A DNA stretch of 64,000 bases from Octopus vulgaris (lineage: Eukaryota), in contig OX597821.1 in the NCBI GenBank assembly GCA_951406725.2, forward strand, positions 109,678,001 through 109,742,000. The letters run 5' to 3'. The notes under the pieces were generated by a model. The model searched no databases. It was given only the letters and a program-made list of their open reading frames with translations, and had not been told where the DNA came from. The translations under genes were made by a program, and so were the position numbers. This document shows, piece by piece, positions 1 through 15,447 of the stretch (position 1 is its first letter; each line of letters opens with the position of its first letter).

Positions 1-59
1 ATATACGACACGGAGGGGAAATATTGGGACTATTCTTTGACATGCCCCGCCCCACAAAG

Positions 60-182
60 CAGCAGAGCAACGTGAAACGAAATATTTTGCTCAAGAACAC
101 AATACGCTGCCAACGCCGAAAATCGAACCCGTGAACTGGCGATCATGAGTACAACACGCTAACCTCGAGGCCATACGCCTTC
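60..182 (-). mobile_element. Degraded tRNA-derived SINE head with CORE-like segment
   Basis: Minus strand reads aaggcgtatggcctcgaggttagcgtgttgtactcatgatcgccagttcacgggttcgattt (A/B-box-like), then gtgttcttgagcaaaatatttcgtttcacgttgctc. Confidence 0.55.
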
Positions 183-601
183 ACATACCTGATAGCCATT
201 GTTCTTCTGTAAACGATTCAGATGAACATTGGCTGAAACCTATAGATATATCATGCTGTAAATTAATACAAATTTATTAATCAATCTACCGTCTAAAAAT
301 GCGCAATAAATGCAAATCGGATTTTCTTGAATTGTAGGAGACTACAATTCTTAGCGGTCCGTCGTGGAAGTGATGTGGTCGCTGGTAAAATCTCAGCGCA
401 AGACACAACTTAGTCTAACTCATCCCTCTTTTCCTGTCTGCAAAGATATTGTTTGTGGAGATAAGATATTTGCGTATGTCTATCCATACACTGTAAGTAG
501 AAGGAGAGACAAACGTGTGTGTATGCGTGTGTGTGTGAAAGAGAATGTGTGTAATGATATTTTTGAATATAGCTGCTATATGTGTATACAAATACATATA
601 T

Positions 602-657
<56 letters not shown>

Positions 658-720
658 TCACGAACACACAAACATGCACACGTACGCATACATATCTAAG
701 CCTAAACACAAACCCTTACA

Positions 721-755
<35 letters not shown>

Positions 756-1054
756 TTTTAATTACATGTACATAAATTGCTACATAGACGTACATTTATC
801 TGGATCGGTAGAGCGTCAAAGAAAACCTTTTGTAGTCTCTTCGCTTTCCGAGTTCAATTCCCGCTTCGGTAATTTTGCCGTTCTTTCTTCCGAGGTCAAT
901 AAAATAAACACAAAGAGATGTTTGTTTGTTTCTTTCTTTCTTTCTCCCTCTGCGATTTTCGCAAACTCACTCTCTTTGCTTCTAACTCCCTATCTCTCTT
1001 TCTCACGCAAGCACTCTCTTCCTTTCTCTCTCAGCCTCGCTTTCTTTTTCTCTT

Positions 1055-1092
<38 letters not shown>

Positions 1093-1134
1093 TTAAGCTT
1101 TCATTGTTGAGCGCTCTATATGTTTACGTATATA

Positions 1135-1366
1135 AGGCGGCGAGCTGGTAGAAACGTTAGCACGCCGGGCGAAATTCGTAGCCGTATTTCGTCTGTCGTT
1201 ACGTTCCGAGTTCAAATTCCGCCGAGGTCGACTTTGCCTTTCATCCTTTCGGGGTCGATAAATTAAGTACCAGTTACGCACTGGGGTCGATGTAGTCGAC
1301 TTAATCCCTTTGTCTGTCCTTGTTTGTCCCCTCTGTGTTTAGCCCCTTGTGGGTAGTAAAGAAATA
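1135..1366 (+). mobile_element. SINE family A, full-length monomer with 18-bp TSD
   Basis: tRNA-like head ggcggcgagctggtagaaacgttagc...gagttcaaattcc, core gcctttcatcctttcggggtcgataaattaagtaccag, tail ...gggtagtaaagaaata. TSD tatatgtttacgtatata at 1117-1134 and 1367-1384. Confidence 0.92.
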
Positions 1367-1478
1367 TATATGTTTACGTATATATGCAAATATGTATGAA
1401 AATATATATGAAATTATATTTATACGTATATGTGTATACACAAACACACACACATACACACACACACATACAAGTATA

Positions 1479-2570
<1,092 letters not shown>

Positions 2571-2659
2571 TATATAATTATATATATATTTTTTAAAAAG
2601 CGTGTAGTAAATAAACAAGCGACATGTATTAAATACACTGGCATAAACAGAAGGCACAG

Positions 2660-3090
2660 AAGGTCACCAACATTTTCAGAGGCTCAAACGCAACTTTAGT
2701 CATTATCGATAATATTGCATTCACTCTGGAGGCACCAGCAAGAAAATTGTCGGGACTGGGAACAGTATATAACGAAACGAGACGCCCTCGAGACGAGACC
2801 GTTTACTCACTTTTGTATGTCTTGCAGCCCCAAGCCTGTTTTGTTTGTTTCTGTTTTTTGTATATTATTAAATGTTGTGTTCGTCTGGCCCTAAGCCTTT
2901 ATTCTGTTTATTTTGTCCCTTCTCCGTCCACTAACGGTCTCCTATCGAACCCGTCTCATTTTGCTATGTTTTGGTCCTATTCTCGGCAAGTTTCTTATCG
3001 GTGCCTCCAAAGTGGAAGCAATATTACCGATAATGGCCGAAATTGCGTTCGACCCTCTGGCCGATAAATGAAAAGAAATTGATGACCTCC
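2660..3090. repeat. Old diverged fold-back (inverted repeat of about 100 bp)
   Basis: cattatcgataatattgcattcactctggaggcacc (about 2701-2737) is the reverse complement of ggtgcctccaaagtggaagcaatattaccgataatg (about 3000-3035); imperfect homology extends both ways. Confidence 0.6.
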
Positions 3091-3165
3091 TGAGTTATAT
3101 GTTCGCCTGTGTGATTAGTACATGTTCGTTTGTTTATATATCGGTATGTCAAATATATATATATA

Positions 3166-3244
<79 letters not shown>

Positions 3245-3386
3245 CGTTGACGATTTTTTTCCTCCGTCTTCCTTGTCTTTTGGACTTTCCCCTGTCTCCA
3301 CTTCCTGAAGAAGAGCTTTGCTCGTAAGGAAAAATTACCTTTCTTTTCTCCTCTGAGTGTCTGCATTTACATTATTATTATTATTA

Positions 3387-3462
<76 letters not shown>

Positions 3463-3475
3463 CATTATTATTACT

Positions 3476-4702
3476 TTTTTTCTTCTTTCAAATTTGCTTC
3501 CATTTCTTGCCGAGTGTCTTCCCGACTCCTAGGGCAAAGAAACTCATAGTATTCATTGGTAGGCCATTAAACCAAACTCAGTAGTTCGTTCATTTTTTTT
3601 TTTTTTTTAAGTTAAAATTAAAATACATGAGCAGCAACAGTTCTCACATCGACAATGCTCTTCTCAATACGTGTGATGTACCAGTTAAGACAATCTTTTG
3701 CACTTCTTGCAGGGATGGTAAGCCAGGGATCATTCTCATATAATTTTCGGTTCCCTTCTTGATCATTCCTAGTGCTCCTACGATCACTGGTATTGTAACC
3801 GCCTTGAGATGCCACATTTTCTCAATTTCAATGAGTAGGTCTTTATATTTTCTGAGCTTGTCAAACTCTTTCGCTGAGATATTATGATTACAGGGGATGC
3901 TCATGTCGATCAATAAGCAAACTTTATTGTTTTGGTCTTTCACAACAATATCTGGTTTATTGGCCTTGATGGTTCGGTCTGTATGTACTGGAAAGTCCCA
4001 CAGAATGATTACATTTTCTCCTTCAGTTACAGCCTCGGGGTGGTGATTATACCACTTGTCGGCAGTTTTGATATTGTAATGCCGACTTATTAGCCAGTGG
4101 AGATATTGGCCAACTCTGTCATGTCTTAATTTATACTCCACTGGTGCTAAGACTTTACATCCAGAGATTAGGTGGTCCACTGTTTCAATCATGTCGTTGC
4201 AGAATCGGCATTTTGGGTCTGCTCCATTTTTCATCACATTGGCCTGGTAGTTCCGGGTTAATAGGCTTTGATCTTGAGCAGCCAGGATGAAACCTTCGCT
4301 CTCTGCTTTTAGCCCTGAGCTCCGTAGTCACTGATGGGTTTGCTTCTGGTCAACATCAGCTTGTTTGCTGCGGGTCACATATTTGCCGTGCAGAGGTTTC
4401 TCCTCCCACCTATCAGCCAATTGCTCGTGCGCTTTTTTCATTGCCATCATTTTCACCTTCTTTGCAACAATAGTTGCCGTACTTCCCTCGGGTTGTTCAG
4501 TTTGGGTATACTGCACGAGATCAATAGCAAATTTTTTGCTTTCCTTTATGATAGAATGAAGCTTCTTTCGTCTCTCGTGATTTTCCACGAGCTTTAGCAT
4601 CCAGTCATTCGATATTTCGAGATATTTGGCCAGTCCAATTGTGGTTGTTTTGTAAGCTAGTTCAAATTGGATCAGGCCTTGACCTCCTTGGGCTCTGGGA
4701 AG
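3476..4702 (-). mobile_element. 5'-truncated R4/Dong-clade non-LTR retrotransposon embedded in (TAA)n
   Basis: Encodes a CCHC knuckle and restriction-like endonuclease (next feature); both ends abut TAA tracts in element sense (3371-3473 and from 4703). Confidence 0.9.
3644..4700 (-). pseudogene. C-terminal part of RT-RLE polyprotein (R4/Dong type), interrupted by stops
   Basis: CRFC..ETVDHLISGC zinc knuckle, YKLRHD, ILWDFPVHTD, NKPDIVV..IDMSIP..K.RKY (PD-(D/E)xK nuclease), IPVIVGALG; upstream WEEKPLHGKY with an in-frame stop at 4328. Confidence 0.9.
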
Positions 4703-5896
<1,194 letters not shown>

Positions 5897-6542
5897 TTTA
5901 TTCCGTTAGAGGATACTCGGAGCACCAGCTTGCACAAAAGTGGAAGTAAAAGCCTCCTACTTAACCATCAATCTTACTGAAAGACTGCTGCCACTAATGT
6001 TATTGTTATTGCTATTATCAATTATTTAGATTTGCCCCTGATAATAAAAATGGTAACATAACATCTTTACGAATATTTATTTTGAATATTTACTTATTCT
6101 CATATATATATATATATAAGATCAATATGAACAACACGCTGCAATATTTCACTAAAAAGGAGAATCATAAATGTCGCTAAATATGATTAAGATTATTCCA
6201 CACGCCAGTTTAATCTAATTCATCTTTAGTCGAAAGACACCTGTTGTTTGTATTTATAATTGTGTACCATTTCTCCGGGTTTTTTTTCGTCCTTTTTTTC
6301 CTATACATTAACTTGCTTTCTTCCAAGGTATCTTGTGCTCTTAACTTAGATTTTCTTGGGGTCGGCCAGACTGGAGCAGTCTCGAGTGTAACCGGTCGAA
6401 ACTGCAACGACGATCTGGTATTCGACTGAAGATAGAAAGCTCCGAATGATCTGTCCTTTTTTTGCATCGTCTAACTGTCCGAATGTTTTGCTGTTGCCTG
6501 TTGCGCTCTTTTTCCATTTTTTGTTTTGTTTATATATATATA

Positions 6543-6937
6543 CTAGCAGTATCGCCCGGCGTTGCTCGGGTTTGTAAGGGAAATAACTATATAAGCATTT
6601 TCAGAGAGTTATAGCAAAAAAATAGCAAAAAATGCATTAAAAATGGAATAAAAATGATGGTAATTTTTTTTAAATCGTTGACTCATCGTAGACATTTTTA
6701 GAGAGTTACTTCCCTTATATAATAGCGAAAAAATGCATTAAAATGGAAAAAATTATGGTAATTTTTTTAAATCGTAGAGTCATCGTAGACGTGCGCTAAT
6801 ACCCAGACGGGCTCGATATGAATCACGACTATAAGATACCCGAATTTGGTTAAACTGCATCGCAAAATGTGGGAGTAGTTAGGAATCTAAATCGAAGGGG
6901 ACAGACACTCACACAACTACAGTTTTATATATATAGA
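6543..6937 (-). mobile_element. Non-autonomous Helitron
   Basis: Minus strand starts TC(tatata) and ends cccgagcaacgccggg hairpin + cgatactgCTAG, between host A and T, no TSD. Internal duplication of about 70 bp (6623-6692 / 6723-6790). 3' end shared with 58892-59284. Confidence 0.85.
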
Positions 6938-7597
6938 TATATTATATAATATTTGTGGTTATATATGCACATATATGTACTCTGTATGTACTCATATATA
7001 TATATATTTATATATGTGTGTGTGTGTGTGTGTGTTTACACACGCACATATACATATATATGAATAAGTTATATATGAATACGTTTCTATAAGAAGGTAG
7101 ACACATATATATATATATAAACAGATAAATGTGTGTGTCTGTTTGTGTGTGTTTGTGTGTTCTTCTGTTTGTCTGTTTAAATATATTTGTATGTTTAAGG
7201 AACGTTTTCAGTGAATTTGATATAATCTCGGTTTGGAAAACACTTGTATGAAAACGGTATCGTTGATAAATTACATTCAGGTGTGATTAAATTAGCTTTT
7301 TTATCAATAAACATATATTAATACAATCCTTAATAGATTATGTTTTATTATTCTTGTATTCTTTTACTTTTGTTGTTTTTTTATTTATTTTATATATCGG
7401 CTCACGAGCACACGAATTCTCCGCCTTCTAGTTTAGAGTTCAAGGTTGCAAGATCTGGTGACGTTGAGATTCCTTTGCGTGGAACTCTTGTAAAATCTGG
7501 GTCTTACATTAAACATTATATTTCCGGTTTTTTGCAACATCGTATTATATATTTACAGTGTTCAAGACTATATGACAATAATATAAATGTATATAAA

Positions 7598-7799
7598 ATA
7601 CAAAATGGGACAAGAACGCAAAACATCCGGACAACTAGGTGATACAAAAAGGGACAACAAAACATCCAGATGGACGATACAAAAAGCTTTTTATCCTCAG
7701 TCAAGAACCGGATCATCCTCGCAATTTCGGCTATTGCTTTGTTGTCCCTGTTTGCATCACGTAGTTGTCCGGATGTTTTGCGTTGTTGTCCCATTATGT

Positions 7800-7801
<2 letters not shown>
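7598..7801. repeat. Fold-back insertion next to (TA)n, Penelope-pLTR-like
   Basis: atacaaaatgggacaagaacgcaaaacatccggacaacta...gggacaacaaa pairs with tttgttgtccc...tagttgtccggatgttttgcgttgttgtcccattatgtat. Spacer tcagtcaagaaccggatcatc recurs at about 47340. Confidence 0.75.
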
Positions 7802-7838
<37 letters not shown>

Positions 7839-7871
7839 CGGCGTACGTACACTTTGTTCTCTCATATGTAA

Positions 7872-7958
<87 letters not shown>

Positions 7959-8084
7959 AAGTGCGTGTGGTATTTGAGGACGTAGCTTTTTGGGGTCATT
8001 GCTGCATTTTTTGCTAACTCTGTATAATCTTTGTTTCAGAAAATAATAATGGTAGAGCCTGACCTTACTCAAGAAATGAAGAGG

Positions 8085-8590
8085 TATGCTGTTATTGTGG
8101 TTGAAGTTGAGCATATCGATTTAGAAATATCTCGATTTTTAAAAGTTACAAATTTTGGAAGGAGTTAGAGACTGAAGATGGAAGCGTATCACCAGTATCA
8201 AAGCGTAAAAAGCATTCTAAACGCTCCGAAATCATCAGAACTCCAGAATTTATCCAACAAGCTCAGCAGACCATTGATTACAATCCCAGAAAATCCATGA
8301 GGTCAATTGCAAAAGATCTCCATGTAGCAGAACGAATAGTCAGGATGAGGAGAGGTTTATTTGTCAGAAAAAGCAAAAGAAAATCACTACATCAGATCTA
8401 AAAGTTTCTTAAACAAACTGAAAATCCAGCAGAAGAAGATTTGATAAAGATCAAAAAGTTAACAGAAAAAATGACAGGTGGTTATGTGCAAACCCTTCTG
8501 GAGCCCAAGTTTTATGCATACAAACTTTCTCGCAACTATCATGGTTTTAGGGGTTGTCAGCAATGAAGGACATGTGATGCCTCCTTCTTT
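8085..8590 (+). pseudogene. Degraded Tc1/mariner-superfamily transposase fragment (maT/DD37D-like)
   Basis: Reads RKKHSKRSEIIRTPEFIQQAQQTIDYNPRKSMRSIAKDLHVAERIVR (HTH) and later TIMVLGVVSNEGHVMPP; frameshifted, no TIRs seen. Confidence 0.6.
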
Positions 8591-8823
8591 CACAATTTAA
8601 CTCTGCCGCCAACATTATATATATATATATATATATATAACTACAAAATTAGAGAATGGAGAAACATACTTAAATCAATAAAACATCAACTATCAGATGA
8701 TACCCAATCAATACTTTAATACACCATTACATATCAGTAAAGGCATTATACAAAATATACAGTAAGAGTAAATAGACAAAGAGATATAAGTATAAAATTT
8801 CAAATGTAATATGTAATTAAATC

Positions 8824-8940
8824 AAATCTGACAGCTGTTTCGGCAGTGAGGGCAGTCATACCTCATTTAACCTATAAGCCATAAAGGCAGGTATAAATGA
8901 GGCATTAACAAGGATGCCCCACGGCCTCTTCAGAGAATTT
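8824..8940 (-). ncRNA. Type I hammerhead ribozyme motif
   Basis: Minus: tct CTGAAGA ggc(cgtggggca...tgccctcact)gcc GAA ACAGCTGT C aga. Intact core, long nested stem II, palindromic stem III, GUC triplet. Confidence 0.8.
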
Positions 8941-9116
8941 AATTTGTTATAATTGTGAAAAAGATTATTTAACCATATACATATAAATATAATACAATAG
9001 ATGAACTGATTGTTTGGCAATTTTTAACATCTATGTATTAGTCTTGTTGGGTACCTATCTAGCAGTATATTGGATATATATTATCCCATGGTAATGTTGA
9101 ATTTTCAACCCCTATA

Positions 9117-9186
<70 letters not shown>

Positions 9187-9208
9187 TATATAGTGTGATA
9201 TTTGTCTG

Positions 9209-9240
<32 letters not shown>

Positions 9241-9461
9241 GCGAGGTTAGTGAAAGTATTATAATTTTATTGTAAATTCGTTTGCAACTATCTTCGGGGA
9301 GAGTCTTATGTCTATATATTCAGACATGATCGTTCATCGAGTTACAAGATATCAGCTGCAGTAAAAAGAAAGATATCGCCAAGATTTAACATTCACGCAT
9401 ACGCACAAACACTTATACATACACACACACACATACACACTCAAGTATATGTGTATATGAT

Positions 9462-9819
9462 GAGGCGCAATGGCCCATTTGCTAGGGCAGCGAACTCGCA
9501 TCGTAGCATTGCAATTTCGATTGACCGATCGAGCGAAAACACCAAAAGCTCCACGAATATTGGCAGGGGGCGGTGGCAAACCCTGACGTACTCTTTCACC
9601 ACAACCTTCTCTCACTCTTTCTTCCTGTTTCTGTTGTACCTGTATTTCAAACGGACCAGTCTTGTCGCACTCTGTGTCACACTGAATCTCCCAGAGAACC
9701 ACGTTAAATGTACACGTGTCTGTGGAGTGCTCAGCCACTTGCACGTTAATTTCACGAGCAGGCTATTCTGTTGAACGGATCAAATGGTACCATGGTCATC
9801 GCAACCGACGGAATGCCAC
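9462..9819 (+). mobile_element. SINE family B, tail type 1
   Basis: Colinear with 1479-1833 and extends to ...caaccgacggaatgccac. Confidence 0.85.
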
Positions 9820-9917
9820 GAAATGTATGTATGTATAAATGTATTTAAAACAAGATTAGAAATGGCATTTCTGATATTATTTCCACTTTAATAATTAAAT
9901 GTTTATGAAGTATTTAT

Positions 9918-9961
<44 letters not shown>

Positions 9962-10292
9962 GTATGTGGGTATCTGTATGTTTATATGTATAGATGTGTG
10001 TATGTACGTAGGTACGTACGCATGTATATTGTATATATGTACGTACGTATGAATGTATATATGTATGTATATACGTATGTACGTATTTATGGATGTATGT
10101 GTGTGTTGTGTATGCATGTAAATGTATAAGTACATAGGTGGCCGATCCTTCGAAGTCACTATCAACCTCTTGAAAAAGTTTCTGAAACGTGCACTCGAGG
10201 AAAAGTAATGATAATTCTTCAGTTTACGATAAGGTCAAGTTGTTTTTATAAATAACTTGCCACACAAAAAATAATCATACACACACACAAAT

Positions 10293-10666
10293 GTACGGGT
10301 ATATAGCTGTGTGGTAAGATGATTGCTTCCCAGCCACATGGTTTCGGGTTCTGTCCCAATGTGTTGCACCTTGGGCAAATATCTTCTATTATAGCCTCGG
10401 GCCAACAAATTCCTTTTAAGTGTGTTTGTTAGACGGAAACTGATAGAAGACTGTCGCATAAGCCTGTGTGTGAGTGCGTGTCTGTGTCTACATTTCTTCC
10501 CATCTGCACTGCTTGACAACCGGTGTTGATGTGTTTACGTCCCTGTAACATAGCAGTTCGACAAAAGATTTTGTTAGAATAAATACTGGGATCGATTTGT
10601 TTAACTAAAATTCTTCAAGGCAGTGCCCCAGCATGGCCGCAATCTAATGATTAAAACAAGCAAAAG

Positions 10667-10667
<1 letters not shown>
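10293..10667 (+). mobile_element. SINE family C, diverged full-length copy
   Basis: gctgtgtggtaag...accttgggcaaatatcttc...gacggaaactga, internal TG tract, gcttgacaaccggtgttg...cagcatggccgcaatctaatga. Confidence 0.85.
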
Positions 10668-10704
<37 letters not shown>

Positions 10705-10765
10705 GAAATTTACAGGAAAAAATGAAGACAGGTGTATTAGTTTGACGCTCGGAAAGGTGAGAAAG

Positions 10766-10803
10766 TCTTTTACGTTTCGAGCCTATGCTCTTCAACTGAA
10801 AGA
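10766..10803 (-). ncRNA. Ultra-minimal hammerhead-like motif with variant core
   Basis: Minus: tcttt CAGTTGAA gagc atag gctc GAAACGTA aaaga; same family as 46718-46755. Confidence 0.45.
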
Positions 10804-11096
10804 AACACAAGGAAATAAACAGAGAGTGAAAAATATATATACATACATGTATACATATAAACATATATTTCCAATGATAAGGCCGAATTTTATAACTCTG
10901 CTTTACTTAAAGCAGGTTATACAGAGAAAGTTACCTACACTTATTCCATTCTATCTCATTCTACCTTTACTAATGGAGATAGGAAATCTAGTTGTAAGGA
11001 TATAAACAATATCAATTTTAATTTATACGCCAACACTAAAAAGAGGAGGGAGAAAACCCTTATTTAATCCCCTATTTTCGTTTTAAAGGTAAATCT

Positions 11097-11843
11097 ATGT
11101 CTTTCAAAGATAGTTACACTAAAAATAAGGTAACTAATAGTAAAACCATTTGGTTAATTATACCTTATGGGTGGCAAATTAAATCTAATCTTCCTTTGCA
11201 GTTTCGTGAAGCTATTATTAGGAATTTTCCAAAGAATTCTCGGTATTACTCTGTTATCAACTCACAGACGGTTAGGATTGGTTTTTCCAATGCAAAAGAT
11301 CTCTTACAAATTATCTCTTCACATAATATTAGCCTTTTAAATAGTTATACATTTAATAATACTAACATTAATTTAGGTAATACCATCCATCCCCCTAGAA
11401 ATATTAATAACAAGGTTATTGTATCTGATGTCAATTACAACAGAATCAAGTTTATGTCAAGTAATTCTAAAATTAAAAATTCTATATACCAGTGTGAAAT
11501 TACTTCTGATAATGTAGTATTTTTTAATGTAGGCAGCTCATCTTCTCAGTTATCTAAAATAATTTCTAACCATTACTCTTCATTTAGGGACAGGAATAAA
11601 CGTAACAGTACAGGGCTTAGTAAATTAATTTGGTATCTAAAAGACCACAATAAACAGTTTAATTTACATTGGTTGATTCTCTCAAATTCGATACCTTATG
11701 ATAAAGGCAAGGAATTCTGTCGTCTCTGTAATTCTGAACTATTTTTTATTCTTTTTTCTAAAAATCCCCTTGTAAACTCGGTTATAGAGCGTTCATACCG
11801 ATGTAAACATTGGCAGAAACACACCTTTAGTTCATATATGTGA
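11097..11843 (+). pseudogene. Penelope-like element ORF, C-terminal part (thumb/linker + GIY-YIG endonuclease)
   Basis: IWLIIPY...RNFP...IISSHN linker; SIYQC..FFNVG (GIY-YIG, degenerate); NHYSSF..NSTGLSKLIWYLK..W.IL..CRLCNSE..N..E..CKH. RT absent; followed by a 3' region with a hammerhead-like motif and then (TA)n at 12245. Confidence 0.85.
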
Positions 11844-12109
11844 TATCTATCATTATTTATAATGTAAACATTCTTACATTTCACATTCACTAGATATATA
11901 TTTTTCCAAGACTATAGGGTTTTATTATACATATTATTATACACTTCTCATTTATCTGTTTTTTTCTTTACTTTATCCCCCCTCTTTCTATAGGCTACTT
12001 TTGACGTTATATCCTCTAGGGTTTTTTTAAGAATAAACTTAATAGCGTTCAGTTGGTCACTATACATATCCATCATTTTTTGTTAAAATGTCTTATTGAT
12101 GAGTTTCAT

Positions 12110-12211
12110 TTCTTCATTTCCCTGAAGAGAAGATTACATTGTTTTACACCATTTTATTTTTTTAGAATAATACCATTGATATCTTCGAAACATGTACCAG
12201 AAGTAAAAGAA
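12110..12211 (+). ncRNA. Hammerhead-like motif in the Penelope pLTR (stem I degenerate)
   Basis: CTGAAGA (12122-12128), stem II gaagat/atcttc around a large loop, GAA ACATGT A (palindromic stem III, GUA); stem I pairing poor next to the cleavage site. Confidence 0.6.
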
Positions 12212-12246
12212 TTTGAATAGCACCTGCGTTTAACTCCATTTGTTTA

Positions 12247-12311
<65 letters not shown>

Positions 12312-12419
12312 ATGTGTGTAGGTCTTGGTTGTGAGTTAAGAAACATGCTCCCCAACCGAACGGCAACGGGAAACTCAGAGTAATTGGTTTTGTTGAATTT
12401 TCTGCTGCTTTAAATAAAG

Positions 12420-12471
<52 letters not shown>

Positions 12472-12529
12472 TGTATGTATGTATGTATGTATGTATGTTT
12501 GTATGTATGTATGTATGCATGTATGTATG

Positions 12530-12905
<376 letters not shown>

Positions 12906-13717
12906 ATATATATACATATTCATATATACGTGTGTGTGTGTGCGCGTGCGTTAAGAAATAGTGAGAGATCGTGGGAAGGCAAGATATTTTTGTCCAGTCA
13001 ATGAAACCACAGATGAAGGTCAAGTGAAAACACTTAATAAAACAAAACACTGGAGGAAAAGAGATTTGTTTTTACAGTCAAGATTTATTAGTGATGTACA
13101 AATTTATCATTTGTTCTTCTTAGTAACGTGCATGCAAAGTAGGGGCAGATGTGTGATTATGCAACAACGTTCTCACCATGTTGATACTGGCTGGACAATG
13201 AGTGGACATTGAGTGGATCGTGAGAGAAAAACTTCGCCACAGTTAAACGGTCAGAGTGCATATGTGTAACGTGCTGTTGATCTCTCCATATTGCACTGAT
13301 GCGCTAAGGCTTTTGGCTACACATACATAATGACTTATATAAATATATAGTACTACATGTGTAGTAGTCGCAGTAGGTCGTTTGATATGTGTGTGTGTAT
13401 GTACTTTATTAATAAGGCTGCAAAAACCTCACAAAAACTGTTACTCAGTTTCACGTTCCACAGTTTTGGTTGAGAATGAAACAAAATATGGTTATATGCA
13501 TAAATATACAATTAGTTTGATAGGCTCTGACACACTGGAGGTTATGGCCCCGCATGCGCCTATCCACATGGCCACGCAGAAAATTTATTCTAAAGAATCG
13601 GTCACAAATGGCCGAAGCTGCTAAATAAAGAATTATCAAAAATTCTGACTCTCTCATTTTTCCTAATATACAAAATCTGTACATCACTTCTAACAACTTA
13701 TACATACATACATAATA

Positions 13718-13819
<102 letters not shown>

Positions 13820-14077
13820 TTATATATATAAATATATGTGTCTGTGTATATATACATACATATATAAAAGAACGTATGTCTACATATACACGGGTGTGTT
13901 ATGTTGCCTTGTATGTCTGTATATATTCATGTTTGCCCGTGCAACAGTAGAGAGGTCCTCGATTAAAAAATTCCATCTCTTCTCGGTTTCTTACTGAATT
14001 AGGGGTTCTAGTTTGATGAAAGTACTTTTCAGTGAGGTGCATGTCTTGTTAATTTGGCGATATTCAGTAAATACTAT

Positions 14078-14119
<42 letters not shown>

Positions 14120-14409
14120 CACTCACACAAACAAACATGTATGTATATGCATTCATATATATATATATGTGTGTGTATGTGTTTGTGTGTGTGTGTGTGT
14201 GTGCATGTATGTATATATGTATAGTAGCGAGTGAAAGATTGAGAGAGAGAAATAGAGAAAATGACAAAGAAAGATCGATAGATCGATAGACAGATAGAAA
14301 GAAATACCTGAAATTCAAGCCCCTAAGTGAATATTTTAGTTTCTGGGCGAACGCAACGACTTACGTAATCTTATTTTACTGTCACAACAAAGTCTATCAG
14401 TGTACATAC

Positions 14410-14485
<76 letters not shown>

Positions 14486-14730
14486 TGTGTGTGTGTGTCT
14501 GTGTCTGTGTGTGTGTGTATATAAACGAAGTATAAGGAAAGAAAAAAATTCTAGTTGTAGATCTTTAATTCATAATCCAGGTATGTATGTATGTATGTAT
14601 GTATGTATGTATGTATCAATCTCTCTCTCTCTTTCTCTCCCTCACACTCGCTGTTACACATACATACAATATATTTATTTGCATAAACGTTACATTCATA
14701 ATATATACATTTACACACACACACACAAAC

Positions 14731-14772
<42 letters not shown>

Positions 14773-15447
14773 ATACATATATATATATACATATATATAT
14801 ACACATACATATATATATATATACAAATATTCACAGGAATTGATACACATACAACCGCTCACATTGCATACATGCGCATGCCCACACACATTTTCACAGA
14901 AACGCTCGTACATACATAAGCACATACACACACACACCACACACCACACACCACACATACACCCTCAGAGATAAACACATAAACACTGTCTGCTATGAAT
15001 TGCTCAGCCCGTCATTATAAAACATGAAAAGACGTCAAGGAAAGTAAACAAACCTTAAATACGGAGAACATTTCATACATGTCAGAAATATGTAAGTGAA
15101 TAGCGTGTATGCCGTCAATAGGATTACTGACAATATATACAGGACTTTAACTAATAGAGATAAGTAATGAAGGTCAACGTGATTGAAAACCAGAAGACCC
15201 TATTTTACAAGGCTATTTCAATACAAATATCAACCAGTTTTGCCTGTGCTTTCATTCATACAATCAGTACCGAAGTCTCAGACAGGGACGTCAAAGTACA
15301 AGACAGACAGTAACCGGTAAGATGCGATGCAAATGCTAAATATATATGGCGCATGTGTTATGAAAGAAAAAAATTTCTTATGAATTTAAAATAAAGTTGC
15401 TGTTTCTTTTCAGATATCAAAACAAAAAGGTAATTAAAATACATTAA

